64,000 nucleotides of DNA from a virus. Position 1 is the first letter of the stretch, and the number at the start of each line of letters is the position of its first letter. The notes below the pieces were generated by a model. That model was not told the DNA's origin and ran no database searches. It worked only from the letters and a program-made list of their open reading frames with translations. The stretch lies in UHGV virus genome UHGV-0086135. The stretch is one strand, 5' to 3'. The position numbers and the translations under genes were made by a program. Of this stretch, positions 9,259-18,107 are shown piece after piece.

Positions 9259-10686
9259 GTGGTAGAAATTATTCTTTCTCATCTCATATTTGATCAAGCT
9301 TATTTTTCAAAAGTTTGGCCATATATGGATTCAGAATATTTTGAAAGTGGTCCAGCTAAAAATACATTCAAATTAATTAAATCTCATGTTAATGAATACC
9401 ATAGCGTTCCATCTATTAATGCGTTAAATGTTGCATTAGAAAATAGTTCATTTACTGAAACAGAATATTCTGGTGTAAAAACACTTATTTCGAAACTAGC
9501 CGATTCTCCAGAAGACCACAGCTGGTTAGTAAAAGAAACAGAAAAATATGTTCAGCAAAGGGCGATGTTTAATGCTACGTCTAAAATAATTGAAATTCAA
9601 ACTAATGCTGAGCTTCCTCCGGAAAAACGAAATAAGAAAATGCCAGATGTAGGTGCTATTCCTGACATCATGCGTCAAGCATTATCAATTTCATTTGATA
9701 GTTACGTTGGTCATGATTGGATGGATGACTACGAAGCACGTTGGCTATCTTATATGAATAAAGCTCGTAAGGTTCCATTTAAACTCAAAATTCTAAATAA
9801 AATTACTAAAGGCGGAGCTGAAACTGGAACACTGAACGTTTTAATGGCTGGTGTTAACGTTGGTAAGTCATTAGGATTGTGTTCATTGGCAGCAGATTAT
9901 TTGCAGCTCGGACATAATGTTCTTTACATTTCCATGGAAATGGCAGAAGAAGTCTGTGCTAAGCGTATTGATGCTAATATGCTTGATGTTTCTCTTGATG
10001 ACATTGATGATGGGCATATTTCTTACGCTGAGTATAAAGGAAAAATGGAAAAATGGCGTGAGAAATCTACTCTCGGTCGTTTAATCGTTAAACAGTATCC
10101 TACTGGTGGAGCAGACGCTAATACATTCAGGTCTCTCTTGAATGAATTGAAGCTCAAGAAGAATTTTGTTCCAACAATCATTATTGTTGACTATCTGGGT
10201 ATTTGTAAATCTTGCCGCATTAGAGTTTATTCAGAAAATAGTTACACAACTGTTAAAGCTATCGCAGAGGAATTGCGTGCTCTTGCTGTTGAAACTGAAA
10301 CTGTTCTTTGGACTGCAGCACAGGTTGGTAAACAAGCTTGGGATTCTTCTGATGTTAACATGAGCGATATCGCAGAATCTGCCGGTCTTCCAGCAACAGC
10401 CGATTTTATGCTTGCTGTCATTGAAACCGAGGAGTTAGCAGCTGCTGAACAACAACTTATTAAGCAAATCAAATCACGATACGGTGATAAGAATAAATGG
10501 AATAAGTTTTTGATGGGTGTTCAAAAAGGAAATCAGAAATGGGTAGAAATTGAACAAGATTCTACTCCAACTGAAGTGAACGAAGTAGCAGGTTCACAGC
10601 AGATTCAGGCTGAACAGAATCGCTATCAAAGAAACGAATCTGCTCGAGCCCAGTTAGATGCTTTGGCAAATGAATTAAAATTTTAG
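9259..10686 (+). CDS. 41: replicative DNA helicase gp41 (DnaB-like), GTG start
   Basis: 475 aa as T4 gp41; Walker A GVNVGKS; GTG start with AGGAG SD. Confidence 0.95.
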   Translation: MVEIILSHLIFDQAYFSKVWPYMDSEYFESGPAKNTFKLIKSHVNEYHSVPSINALNVALENSSFTETEYSGVKTLISKLADSPEDHSWLVKETEKYVQQRAMFNATSKIIEIQTNAELPPEKRNKKMPDVGAIPDIMRQALSISFDSYVGHDWMDDYEARWLSYMNKARKVPFKLKILNKITKGGAETGTLNVLMAGVNVGKSLGLCSLAADYLQLGHNVLYISMEMAEEVCAKRIDANMLDVSLDDIDDGHISYAEYKGKMEKWREKSTLGRLIVKQYPTGGADANTFRSLLNELKLKKNFVPTIIIVDYLGICKSCRIRVYSENSYTTVKAIAEELRALAVETETVLWTAAQVGKQAWDSSDVNMSDIAESAGLPATADFMLAVIETEELAAAEQQLIKQIKSRYGDKNKWNKFLMGVQKGNQKWVEIEQDSTPTEVNEVAGSQQIQAEQNRYQRNESARAQLDALANELKF

Positions 10687-10715
10687 TTTACAAGCTGACA
10701 AGACTATGGTATAGT
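10686..10715 (+). promoter_or_regulatory. early promoter
   Basis: -35 GTTTAC, 18 nt, TGGTATAGT. Confidence 0.6.
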
Positions 10716-10744
10716 AGTCTTGTTGGTTAAATGAGGAAATCTAA

Positions 10745-10939
10745 ATGGAAGAGTTTGCTAAAGTAGTTTTTATTGGTTGGTTTGAAAATGGTAGTATGTT
10801 TACCAAAGAAATCCGCATGGATATAACAGACAAAGAGCATATCATGTGGGCTACCATGCAGTTTGCTGAAATTAATAAAGCATTAGTTAAAGCATTTGTT
10901 AATGACGAGAAAGTTTTCGAAGCTGATTTCAGAGGATAA
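10745..10939 (+). CDS. dmd: small protein at the dmd (61.5) position, possible Dmd antitoxin
   Basis: 64 aa, first gene after 41 as T4 dmd (about 60 aa); own early promoter upstream; assignment by synteny and size only. Confidence 0.45.
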   Translation: MEEFAKVVFIGWFENGSMFTKEIRMDITDKEHIMWATMQFAEINKALVKAFVNDEKVFEADFRG

Positions 10940-10940
10940 T

Positions 10941-11198
10941 ATGCATATTGTTTTATTTAAACCTACTCCGTATAATGTCAGGAAAAATACTCAATTCAAA
11001 GCACTTATTGCAGATACGTGGGAATTGGTATTAGATATTCCAGCAGAAGAAAGTCCTCCATTTGGTCGAGTGGAATTTATTAAGTTTGCTGTGCGCCCTA
11101 CGAAGCGACAGATTCGTCAATGCAAAAGATACTTTCGTAAAATCGTCAAGTTAGAGAAACAGTTTGTAACATGTGATTATGCAGAAGTTTTAAAATAG
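10941..11198 (+). CDS. hypothetical protein (61.4 position)
   Basis: ATG 10941 with GAGGA SD; ORF-track start 10896 overlaps upstream gene. Confidence 0.5.
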   Translation: MHIVLFKPTPYNVRKNTQFKALIADTWELVLDIPAEESPPFGRVEFIKFAVRPTKRQIRQCKRYFRKIVKLEKQFVTCDYAEVLK

Positions 11199-11200
11199 CT

Positions 11201-11230
11201 GTTTACTTTTATTAGAAATTGAGATACTAT
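11201..11230 (+). promoter_or_regulatory. early promoter upstream of sp
   Basis: -35 GTTTAC, 18 nt, -10 TACTAT. Confidence 0.55.
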
Positions 11231-11258
11231 ATAAACATAAACTACTGAGGAGATTATC

Positions 11259-11552
11259 ATGAAAAAATTTATCTTTGCTACAATTTTTGCTTTATCTTCT
11301 TGTGCTGCTCAGCCTGCTATGGCGGGTTATGACAAAGATTTGTGTGAATGGTCTATGACTGCAGATCAGACTGAGGTTGAAACTCAAATTGAAGCAGATA
11401 TTATGAATATCGTTGAGCGTGATCGTCCTGAAATGAAAGCTGAAGTGCAAAAACAGCTTAAGTCTGGCGGTGTAATGCAGTATAATTATGTTCTGTATTG
11501 CGATAAAAACTTTAATAATAAAAATATCATCGCTGAAGTGGTAGGTGAGTAA
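11259..11552 (+). CDS. sp: spackle periplasmic protein Sp
   Basis: 97 aa as T4 Sp; cleavable signal peptide MKKFIFATIFALSSCAAQPAMA; synteny between 41 and 61. Confidence 0.7.
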   Translation: MKKFIFATIFALSSCAAQPAMAGYDKDLCEWSMTADQTEVETQIEADIMNIVERDRPEMKAEVQKQLKSGGVMQYNYVLYCDKNFNNKNIIAEVVGE

Positions 11553-11564
11553 TTAGAGGTTAGT

Positions 11565-11921
11565 ATGTATAGTTCTGAATTTTCATATTTAAAAATGGAA
11601 AAAATTTCATACGATTTTATAGATGAAAAGGTTTATTACAGTTTCCATGAACCACGTTTTAATAGTGAAGTTGGGTTTATTGTAGTAAAAGACAATTTCA
11701 TTTTAAAAATATATTCGGCATTAAAGGATTTTCACTACGAAAATATTAACCTAAAATTTGATAAAGAAAATGTTCGTAATTGCGCAGTAACAATTACAGG
11801 AAATAAAGGTACATGCGTTATGCTATCTGATGAAATTAATGATTTGTTAAATGATGTAGAAAAGGTTGCTATTCCATCTATTGATGACCAAATTTTTAAT
11901 GCTTTTATGAATAGAGGTTAA
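11565..11921 (+). CDS. hypothetical protein (118 aa)
   Basis: ORF with SD; no recognisable motif. Confidence 0.5.
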   Translation: MYSSEFSYLKMEKISYDFIDEKVYYSFHEPRFNSEVGFIVVKDNFILKIYSALKDFHYENINLKFDKENVRNCAVTITGNKGTCVMLSDEINDLLNDVEKVAIPSIDDQIFNAFMNRG

Positions 11922-11922
11922 T

Positions 11923-12087
11923 ATGAAAACATATAAAGAATTTATTAAAGAAGATATGGTAGCTGGAGACTCAGGCGGTAATCCTGAAAATATCTCCACT
12001 GGAACAACGTCAGGCGCTGTAGTAAATAAAGGTCCTGAACAGATTCCTAAAAAGAAAAAAGAGGAATCTAAAGAAAAAGAAGAGTAA
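11923..12087 (+). CDS. hypothetical small acidic/lysine-rich protein (54 aa)
   Basis: ATG 11923 overlaps upstream stop; ends 2 nt before primase start. Confidence 0.4.
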   Translation: MKTYKEFIKEDMVAGDSGGNPENISTGTTSGAVVNKGPEQIPKKKKEESKEKEE

Positions 12088-12089
12088 AA

Positions 12090-13118
12090 ATGTCATCAAT
12101 ACCTTGGATTGATAATGAGTTTGCATACCGCGCATTAGCTCATTTACCTAAATTCACACAAGTAAATAATAGTTCAACTTTTAAATTGCGGTTTAGATGC
12201 CCTGTTTGTGGAGATTCAAAAACCGACCAAAATAAAGCCCGTGGATGGTATTATGGTGATAATAATGAAGGAAATATTCATTGTTATAACTGCAACTATC
12301 ATGCACCAATCGGAATATATTTAAAGGAGTTTGAACCTGATTTATATCGTGAGTATATCTTTGAAATAAGAAAAGAAAAAGGTAAAAGTCGTCCAGTAGA
12401 AAAGCCTAAAGAACTTCCTAAACAACCTGAGAAGAAAATAATTAAATCTCTTCCGTCATGTATTAGATTAGATAAACTGGCGGAAGACCATCCAATTATA
12501 AAATATGTAAAAGCTCGTTGTATTCCAAAGGATAAATGGAAATATCTTTGGTTTACAACCGAATGGCCTAAATTAGTTAATAGCATAGCACCAGGAACAT
12601 ATAAAAAGGAAATACCTGAGCCTCGTCTTGTTATTCCAATTTATAATGCTAATGGAAAAGCTGAGTCTTTTCAAGGACGTGCATTAAAGAAAGATGCTCC
12701 TCAAAAATATATCACCATCAAAGCTTATCCTGAGGCAACAAAAATTTATGGAGTTGAACGAGTCAAAGATGGTGATGTATATGTTCTAGAAGGACCTATA
12801 GATTCACTTTTTATTGAAAATGGTATAGCTATTACGGGCGGTCAATTAGACCTAGAAATTGTTCCATTTAAAGATAGACGTGTGTGGGTTTTAGATAATG
12901 AACCTCGTCACCCTGACACTATTAAACGAATGACTAAATTAGTTGATGCAGGAGAAAGGGTTATGTTTTGGGATAAATCTCCCTGGAAATCAAAAGATGT
13001 TAATGATATGATTAGAAAGGAAGGTGCAACCCCTAAACAAATTATGGAATATATGAAAAATAATATTGCCCAAGGGTTGATGGCTAAAATGCGGCTATCT
13101 AAATACGCTAAGATTTAA
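12090..13118 (+). CDS. 61: DNA primase gp61
   Basis: 342 aa as T4 gp61; N-terminal zinc ribbon CPVCGDS...HCYNCNYH; toprim-like EGPIDSLF. Confidence 0.9.
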   Translation: MSSIPWIDNEFAYRALAHLPKFTQVNNSSTFKLRFRCPVCGDSKTDQNKARGWYYGDNNEGNIHCYNCNYHAPIGIYLKEFEPDLYREYIFEIRKEKGKSRPVEKPKELPKQPEKKIIKSLPSCIRLDKLAEDHPIIKYVKARCIPKDKWKYLWFTTEWPKLVNSIAPGTYKKEIPEPRLVIPIYNANGKAESFQGRALKKDAPQKYITIKAYPEATKIYGVERVKDGDVYVLEGPIDSLFIENGIAITGGQLDLEIVPFKDRRVWVLDNEPRHPDTIKRMTKLVDAGERVMFWDKSPWKSKDVNDMIRKEGATPKQIMEYMKNNIAQGLMAKMRLSKYAKI

Positions 13119-13315
13119 ATTAACCCAACTAAAGCAAATGCTAAATCTACGAATGTATCAAGAGTAATTACTGGAATATTAACACCATGAGCAATAGCAA
13201 TTGGTGATAAAACAAAATTCCAGAGTAAAATTCCTACCATAGCAGAAATAGTAAAAGCTATACGTTTTTTATTACCTTTTATGGCATTAACAAGTGCCAT
13301 TAATTTTTGTACCAT
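13115..13315 (-). CDS. small hydrophobic membrane protein (66 aa) on opposite strand
   Basis: Minus-strand ORF with AAGGAGG SD 5 nt upstream of ATG; two predicted TM helices; convergent with gene 61. Confidence 0.55.
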   Translation of the reverse strand: MVQKLMALVNAIKGNKKRIAFTISAMVGILLWNFVLSPIAIAHGVNIPVITLDTFVDLAFALVGLI

Positions 13316-13328
13316 ATATCCTCCTTAT

Positions 13329-13352
13329 TGCTTTATATATTTATTGTATAAT
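13329..13352 (+). promoter_or_regulatory. putative MotA-dependent middle promoter for gene 56
   Basis: Exact MotA box core TGCTTTA, 11 nt spacer, TATAAT. Confidence 0.55.
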
Positions 13353-13386
13353 TAATCTACTAACCCATGAATTGAAAGGAAAAATA

Positions 13387-13905
13387 ATGGCATACTTTAA
13401 TGAATGTTCACAACTGATTGAAGGCGCTGATAAAGCTCAAAATGAATACTGGGATATTCTCGGTGATGAAAAAGACCCTCTGCAAGTTATGCTTGATATG
13501 CAGAAATCTCTACAGGTTCGTTTAGCTAAAGATAAACCTGAATATAACCGTCATCCTGATGATTTGGCTACTGCGGGTGAAGTTGTTGATTGGCTGCGTA
13601 ATCAGAAAGATTATATTGATGATGAATTCCGCGAACTACTGACTTCTCTTGGTGGTATGAGCAATGGTGAAAAAGATGCATCTGCTGTATGGAAGCCTTG
13701 GAAAGCTCAACATGGTGAACGACGTGAAACTTTAATTACTGATTTGTCTCCACAAGACCAGTTGGAAATTAAATTCGAAATGATTGATATTCTTCATTTC
13801 GTTCTAAACATGTTCCAAGGTCTCGGTCTTACGGCTGAAGAAATCTTTAAACTTTATTATCTGAAAAATGCTGAAAACTTCGCTCGTCAAGACCGAGGTT
13901 ATTAA
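13387..13905 (+). CDS. 56: dCTPase/dCDPase gp56 (MazG-like)
   Basis: 172 aa from ATG 13387 (T4 gp56 about 171 aa); MotA-box promoter upstream; ORF-track N-terminal extension rejected. Confidence 0.8.
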   Translation: MAYFNECSQLIEGADKAQNEYWDILGDEKDPLQVMLDMQKSLQVRLAKDKPEYNRHPDDLATAGEVVDWLRNQKDYIDDEFRELLTSLGGMSNGEKDASAVWKPWKAQHGERRETLITDLSPQDQLEIKFEMIDILHFVLNMFQGLGLTAEEIFKLYYLKNAENFARQDRGY

Positions 13906-14114
13906 TGGCTCGTTTAAATAAACGTCAACTTAAGAAAGCCCACAAGAAACGTATTGACCAGCTATTTAAAAATTATGACAAGGAGCTCGTATGTGAGCTC
14001 TTATCTAATCAGCTTCGTGTGGTTGATTGGGTTGATTGGGTTGTAGAAGAAGGTCCTGATGAAATTTTTGTCAGTGAAGAAGCCTTAAAATTAATTATAG
14101 AGCATTCAAAATGA
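13905..14114 (+). CDS. hypothetical protein (69 aa)
   Basis: ATG overlaps gp56 stop; contains VDWVDWV repeat. Confidence 0.45.
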   Translation: MARLNKRQLKKAHKKRIDQLFKNYDKELVCELLSNQLRVVDWVDWVVEEGPDEIFVSEEALKLIIEHSK

Positions 14115-14284
14115 AAATATCCAAAGAAGAATTTATTAGACGACAAAAAGCTTTAATTAATTTACACGAGTGGTATGCTTATCAGCTTAAAGTAGATAGC
14201 TCTAATATAAATGCTGTAATGGCTTTATATAAACAAATTCAAGATGAACACGAATTCCTGGCACAAGTTTTCATTGAAGACTGA
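14111..14284 (+). CDS. hypothetical protein (57 aa)
   Basis: ATGA overlap with upstream ORF; below ORF-track cutoff. Confidence 0.35.
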   Translation: MKISKEEFIRRQKALINLHEWYAYQLKVDSSNINAVMALYKQIQDEHEFLAQVFIED

Positions 14285-14292
14285 TATAAATA
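14285..14292 (+). promoter_or_regulatory. late promoter (TATAAATA) for soc
   Basis: Exact TATAAATA about 30 nt upstream of soc ATG. Confidence 0.7.
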
Positions 14293-14323
14293 CACTTGTA
14301 ATTAAACAATAAAGGAGTTTATT

Positions 14324-14560
14324 ATGGGTGGTTTCGTTAACATCAAGACCTTTACTCATCCAGCGGGTGAAGGCAAAGAAGTTAAAGGTATGGAAGTTTC
14401 TGTTCCGTTTGAAATTTATTCTAACGAGCATCGTATCGCAGATTCTCATTATCAGATCTTTCCTTCTGAAGAGGCAGCATATTCTACCGTAGTTTCTAAT
14501 GCAGCTGATTGGAAAACTAAGAATGCTGCAATGTTTACGCCTACACAAATAGGTGGTTAA
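14324..14560 (+). CDS. soc: small outer capsid protein Soc
   Basis: 78 aa; VNIKTF...HYQIFPSEEAAYSTV matches recalled T4 Soc; TATAAATA late promoter upstream and terminator downstream. Confidence 0.85.
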   Translation: MGGFVNIKTFTHPAGEGKEVKGMEVSVPFEIYSNEHRIADSHYQIFPSEEAAYSTVVSNAADWKTKNAAMFTPTQIGG

Positions 14561-14567
14561 AATTCAA

Positions 14568-14591
14568 GGACTCCTTCGGGAGTCCTTTTTT
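14568..14591 (+). terminator. intrinsic terminator after soc
   Basis: GGACUCC-UUCG-GGAGUCC hairpin plus U6. Confidence 0.75.
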
Positions 14592-14657
14592 CATTTTACC
14601 GGTTTACTTTCCAAAATGAGTATGGTATAATAAAACTATCTTATAGAGGAGAGCACT

Positions 14658-14864
14658 ATGTTAAATCGTTGGATTAAACCAAATGAAGATTTAGATATTA
14701 TCATTTCACGGCATGTAATGAAGAAATATGAACTACAACCATGGTCTACAGAAGTTGTTGTGCATTCATTTATGATGTACGCAGATGGTTCTGTCGAATT
14801 TAATGCAGAGATTCGTTATGATTATGGCGAGAAGCAAGTTGAATTCAAAAGAGGCTTTTTGTAA
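14658..14864 (+). CDS. hypothetical protein (68 aa)
   Basis: ORF with GAGGAG SD. Confidence 0.45.
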   Translation: MLNRWIKPNEDLDIIISRHVMKKYELQPWSTEVVVHSFMMYADGSVEFNAEIRYDYGEKQVEFKRGFL

Positions 14865-15202
14865 TGTTTATCTTTAACTGGTTTAAAAATTTCTTTACGG
14901 ATTTTTTCTCTACAGCTCCTGGAGAAGGTGTAGTTCCTATTTCAAACGACTACCTCCCTTTAACTGTAGTTGAATATGTTTATATGGGAGATGGAACAGT
15001 AGAAGCGGTTACTATGACTTATGAAGAAGCCCAGGAATATTATAAAAATCCTTGGCGCTGGTCAACACCTACATCATCTAATGCGCAGAATACACAGTCT
15101 AGTTCTGATTCATATGACACTAATGTTCCTGTTCATGTATGGGCAGGCGATTCGTGTGGAAGTTCTTGTGATTCTAGTTGTTCATCTACATCTTGTGATT
15201 GA
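14864..15202 (+). CDS. hypothetical protein with Cys/Ser-rich C-terminal tail
   Basis: C-terminus [18 protein letters not shown]; start overlaps upstream stop. Confidence 0.45.
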   Translation: MFIFNWFKNFFTDFFSTAPGEGVVPISNDYLPLTVVEYVYMGDGTVEAVTMTYEEAQEYYKNPWRWSTPTSSNAQNTQSSSDSYDTNVPVHVWAGDSCGSSCDSSCSSTSCD

Positions 15203-15210
15203 GGAAAATT

Positions 15211-15696
15211 ATGGAAGCGATTTTGTTTGAAATGTATATTAGCAGTAATAGTTTGTCGTTTGCTAAAGACGTTCCAATTACCGTAGCAGTAATGATTGAT
15301 AAGGGTTATTGTGACCCAATGTATCTCGTAGAAAATTTCGTTTCAATGCCAGTTCCAGAAGATGCTGAAATAAAACTTAAAAAGATTGGTATTATTGAAA
15401 CTGTACCAAATATTCCGTTTAGAGCAATTGAAGCATTTACTAAATCAGAATACATTAATGTTAGCGCAGAACAATATAATGATAAACCTTTATCTTTTTA
15501 TTCGTATGATTCAGTATATAGTTGGAAAATAGATAAAGGAAATAAATTTATAATTGCGAGTGAAGATGCTTTATCATACTTCATTTATTATGTATGGAAT
15601 AATTTAAATCCAAAATTGCTAAAAATTCATGAATTTGACGATGCTCCTACTATTGTTTTAGGTAAAACAAGTGAAAGTTCTGAAGAAGATGCTTGA
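15211..15696 (+). CDS. hypothetical protein (161 aa)
   Basis: ATG 15211 with GAGGA SD; ORF-track start 15199 is TTG. Confidence 0.5.
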   Translation: MEAILFEMYISSNSLSFAKDVPITVAVMIDKGYCDPMYLVENFVSMPVPEDAEIKLKKIGIIETVPNIPFRAIEAFTKSEYINVSAEQYNDKPLSFYSYDSVYSWKIDKGNKFIIASEDALSYFIYYVWNNLNPKLLKIHEFDDAPTIVLGKTSESSEEDA

Positions 15697-15874
15697 ATGG
15701 TTCAATAGACCAAACTCAATGTACATTGACGATGGTTGGGTTGAACAGGTAAATAAAGAAATGCAGAACGAATCAGAAGAATGGATGAAATCAATGATTA
15801 GTGCCGAGAAAGAAAAGAAATTAGAACGCTCAGCGCTTAAATTGATGAGAGATATCTATGGGGATAAATCATGA
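15689..15874 (+). CDS. hypothetical protein (61 aa)
   Basis: First ATG in frame; ORF-track start 15671 is GTG. Confidence 0.35.
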   Translation: MLEWFNRPNSMYIDDGWVEQVNKEMQNESEEWMKSMISAEKEKKLERSALKLMRDIYGDKS

Positions 15875-16035
15875 ACAGAGATATGACATTAGAAGAGGCT
15901 AAAGCTAAAGCAAATGAAGCAATGGATTTGCTTCTTAAAATTGGCAGTAAAATGATGGAAGAAAATGAGAAATATATCCAGGAAAACAAAATTCCTGACG
16001 GTCCATTAGTAGGCAAAAGGAAATCACATGATTGA
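15871..16035 (+). CDS. hypothetical small protein (54 aa)
   Basis: ATGA overlap with upstream ORF; below ORF-track cutoff. Confidence 0.35.
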   Translation: MNRDMTLEEAKAKANEAMDLLLKIGSKMMEENEKYIQENKIPDGPLVGKRKSHD

Positions 16036-16510
16036 AGTAGCAAAACATTATTCAATAGAATTTATGTCTAAAGAAGGTAAATCAGTAAATGCACTTGATA
16101 AAAAATGCTCATTAATTATTCCTTTAGCAGAAAATCCGGATCTTTTAATTAAAGATATAAAAGAAAGAAAATATCCAGAAAATGTTATTCTAATTATAAA
16201 GCATACTGAAGATATTTTACAGAATACTGATTCACCGTTTTCTTCTTCTGAAGCTTTAACTATTAAAGGCTATAAAAGAGCTCATGAATATGGTCTTTTT
16301 GCCCTGTTTGAAGACGATAAAGTTAAATTAGCACTTAATTTAGCAGGTCAACCTTCTAAAAGTAAAACATTCATTATTGAAGATATTAAAGATATAAATG
16401 CATTTGTTAAGATGGTCTGGGCTCATTTTGATGTTGGACTACGCTGGAGAATATCTGAAGAAGAAAGAAAGATTATTGAAGCTAATCGTTATTTTGGTTT
16501 TTATCGCTAG
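16028..16510 (+). CDS. hypothetical protein (160 aa)
   Basis: ORF in early-gene operon; no recognisable motif. Confidence 0.5.
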   Translation: MIEVAKHYSIEFMSKEGKSVNALDKKCSLIIPLAENPDLLIKDIKERKYPENVILIIKHTEDILQNTDSPFSSSEALTIKGYKRAHEYGLFALFEDDKVKLALNLAGQPSKSKTFIIEDIKDINAFVKMVWAHFDVGLRWRISEEERKIIEANRYFGFYR

Positions 16511-16518
16511 GAATTAAT

Positions 16519-16701
16519 ATGGATTTATTTGAGATGTTAGAAGATAATCATTCTACGAATATCCAGAATGATTCTAGTGATTATAAGAAAGAGTACCGTA
16601 TAGTATTACAGAATTATGGAATTGAAGCCCCAGATGCTCTTCTAGAAGAACTAGCTTCATACCATCTTGACCCTCCGCCCTGGGCTCCCTGGGCAAAATA
16701 A
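16519..16701 (+). CDS. hypothetical protein (60 aa)
   Basis: ORF with ATG; proline-rich C-terminus. Confidence 0.4.
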   Translation: MDLFEMLEDNHSTNIQNDSSDYKKEYRIVLQNYGIEAPDALLEELASYHLDPPPWAPWAK

Positions 16702-16712
16702 TTCAAAAAGTT

Positions 16713-16742
16713 GTTTACTTTCCTTCCTAACAATGATATGAT
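16713..16742 (+). promoter_or_regulatory. early promoter upstream of mod genes
   Basis: -35 GTTTAC, 18 nt, -10 TATGAT. Confidence 0.55.
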
Positions 16743-16768
16743 AGCTTCTGAAGTATATGGAGGCTATC

Positions 16769-17392
16769 ATGATTATTAATCTCGCAGATGTTGAACAGTT
16801 ATCTATAAAAGCTGAAAGTGTCGATTTTCAATATGATATGTATAAAAAGGTCTGTGAAAAATTTACTGACTTTGAACAGTCAGTTCTTTGGCAATGTATG
16901 GAAGCCAAAAAGAATGAAGCTCTTCATCGGCAGTTGAATAAAATCGTTAAAAAGCATTTAACTAAATCGCCTTATCAGCTATATCGTGGTATATCAAAAT
17001 CGACAAAAGAACTCATTAAAGATTTGCAAGTTGGAGAAGTGTTTTCAACGAACAGAGTAGATTCATTTACTACTAGTTTGCACACAGCATGTGGTTTTTC
17101 TTATGTTGAATATTCCACTGAAATAATATTTCGCTTAAAAACTGATAAAGCTTTTAATTATTCTGACCATATCAGTGATATTATACTTTCTTCTCCTAAT
17201 ACTGAATTTAAGTATACATATGAAGATACTGATGGATTAGATTCAGAACGTACTGATAACTTAATGATGATTGTGCGTGAACAAGAATGGATGATTCCAA
17301 TTGGAAAGTATAAAATAACTTCTATTTCAAAAGAAAAATTACACGATTCATTTGGAACATTTAAAGTGTATGATATTGAGGTAGTTGAATGA
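16769..17392 (+). CDS. modA: ADP-ribosyltransferase, ModA/ModB family (first of tandem pair)
   Basis: R-S-E signature (YRGISK, STS-like, EQEWMIP); ATG 16769 with GGAGG SD; symbol by synteny, and which paralog is modA versus modB is uncertain. Confidence 0.6.
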   Translation: MIINLADVEQLSIKAESVDFQYDMYKKVCEKFTDFEQSVLWQCMEAKKNEALHRQLNKIVKKHLTKSPYQLYRGISKSTKELIKDLQVGEVFSTNRVDSFTTSLHTACGFSYVEYSTEIIFRLKTDKAFNYSDHISDIILSSPNTEFKYTYEDTDGLDSERTDNLMMIVREQEWMIPIGKYKITSISKEKLHDSFGTFKVYDIEVVE

Positions 17393-17991
17393 AATATTCA
17401 GCAATGCAATTAAAAGATTTTAAAATCAAATCAATGGATGCATCTGTGCGTGCTTCTATTCGTGAAGAATTACTTTCTGAAGGATTTAATTTATCCGAAA
17501 TTGAACTTTTAATTCATTGTATTACTAATAAGCCAGACGATCATTCTTGGTTAAATGAAATAATCAAATCTCGTTTGGTTCCAAACGATAAACCTCTTTG
17601 GAGAGGTGTTCCAGTTGAGACTAAACAGGTGTTAAATCAAGGAATTGATATTATTACATTTGATAAAGTAGTATCAGCTTCATATGATAAAAATATAGCT
17701 CTACATTTTGCTTCTGGATTAGAATACAACACGCAAGTTATTTTTGAATTCAAAGCTCCTATGGTGTTTAATTTCCAGGAGTATGCTATAAAAGCTTTAC
17801 GTTGTAAAGAATATAGCCCGAGTTTTAAATTTCCGGATAGCCATCGTTATCGTAATATGGAATTAGTTTCAGATGAACAAGAAGTAATGATACCAGCTGG
17901 AAGTGTATTTAGAATTGCGGATAGATACGAGTATAAAAAGTATTCAACATACACTATCTATACTCTTGATTTTGAAGGATTTAATCTATAA
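17389..17991 (+). CDS. modB: ADP-ribosyltransferase, ModA/ModB family (second of tandem pair)
   Basis: Paralogue of upstream ORF (LWRGV, SASY, EQEVMIPAG); 200 aa; ATGA overlap. Confidence 0.6.
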   Translation: MKYSAMQLKDFKIKSMDASVRASIREELLSEGFNLSEIELLIHCITNKPDDHSWLNEIIKSRLVPNDKPLWRGVPVETKQVLNQGIDIITFDKVVSASYDKNIALHFASGLEYNTQVIFEFKAPMVFNFQEYAIKALRCKEYSPSFKFPDSHRYRNMELVSDEQEVMIPAGSVFRIADRYEYKKYSTYTIYTLDFEGFNL

Positions 17992-18047
17992 TGGAAGGAC
18001 TTAGATTCATTATACCATGAAAGTTTTAAAGCATTTTTCATAAAGTT

Positions 18048-18077
18048 GTTTACAAGCTGAAGTAAAAATGTTATAGT
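18048..18077 (+). promoter_or_regulatory. early promoter upstream of srd
   Basis: -35 GTTTACA, 18 nt, TGTTATAGT. Confidence 0.6.
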
Positions 18078-18107
18078 ATAAGTAGTTAACCCGTCCGTGA
18101 GAAAAAT

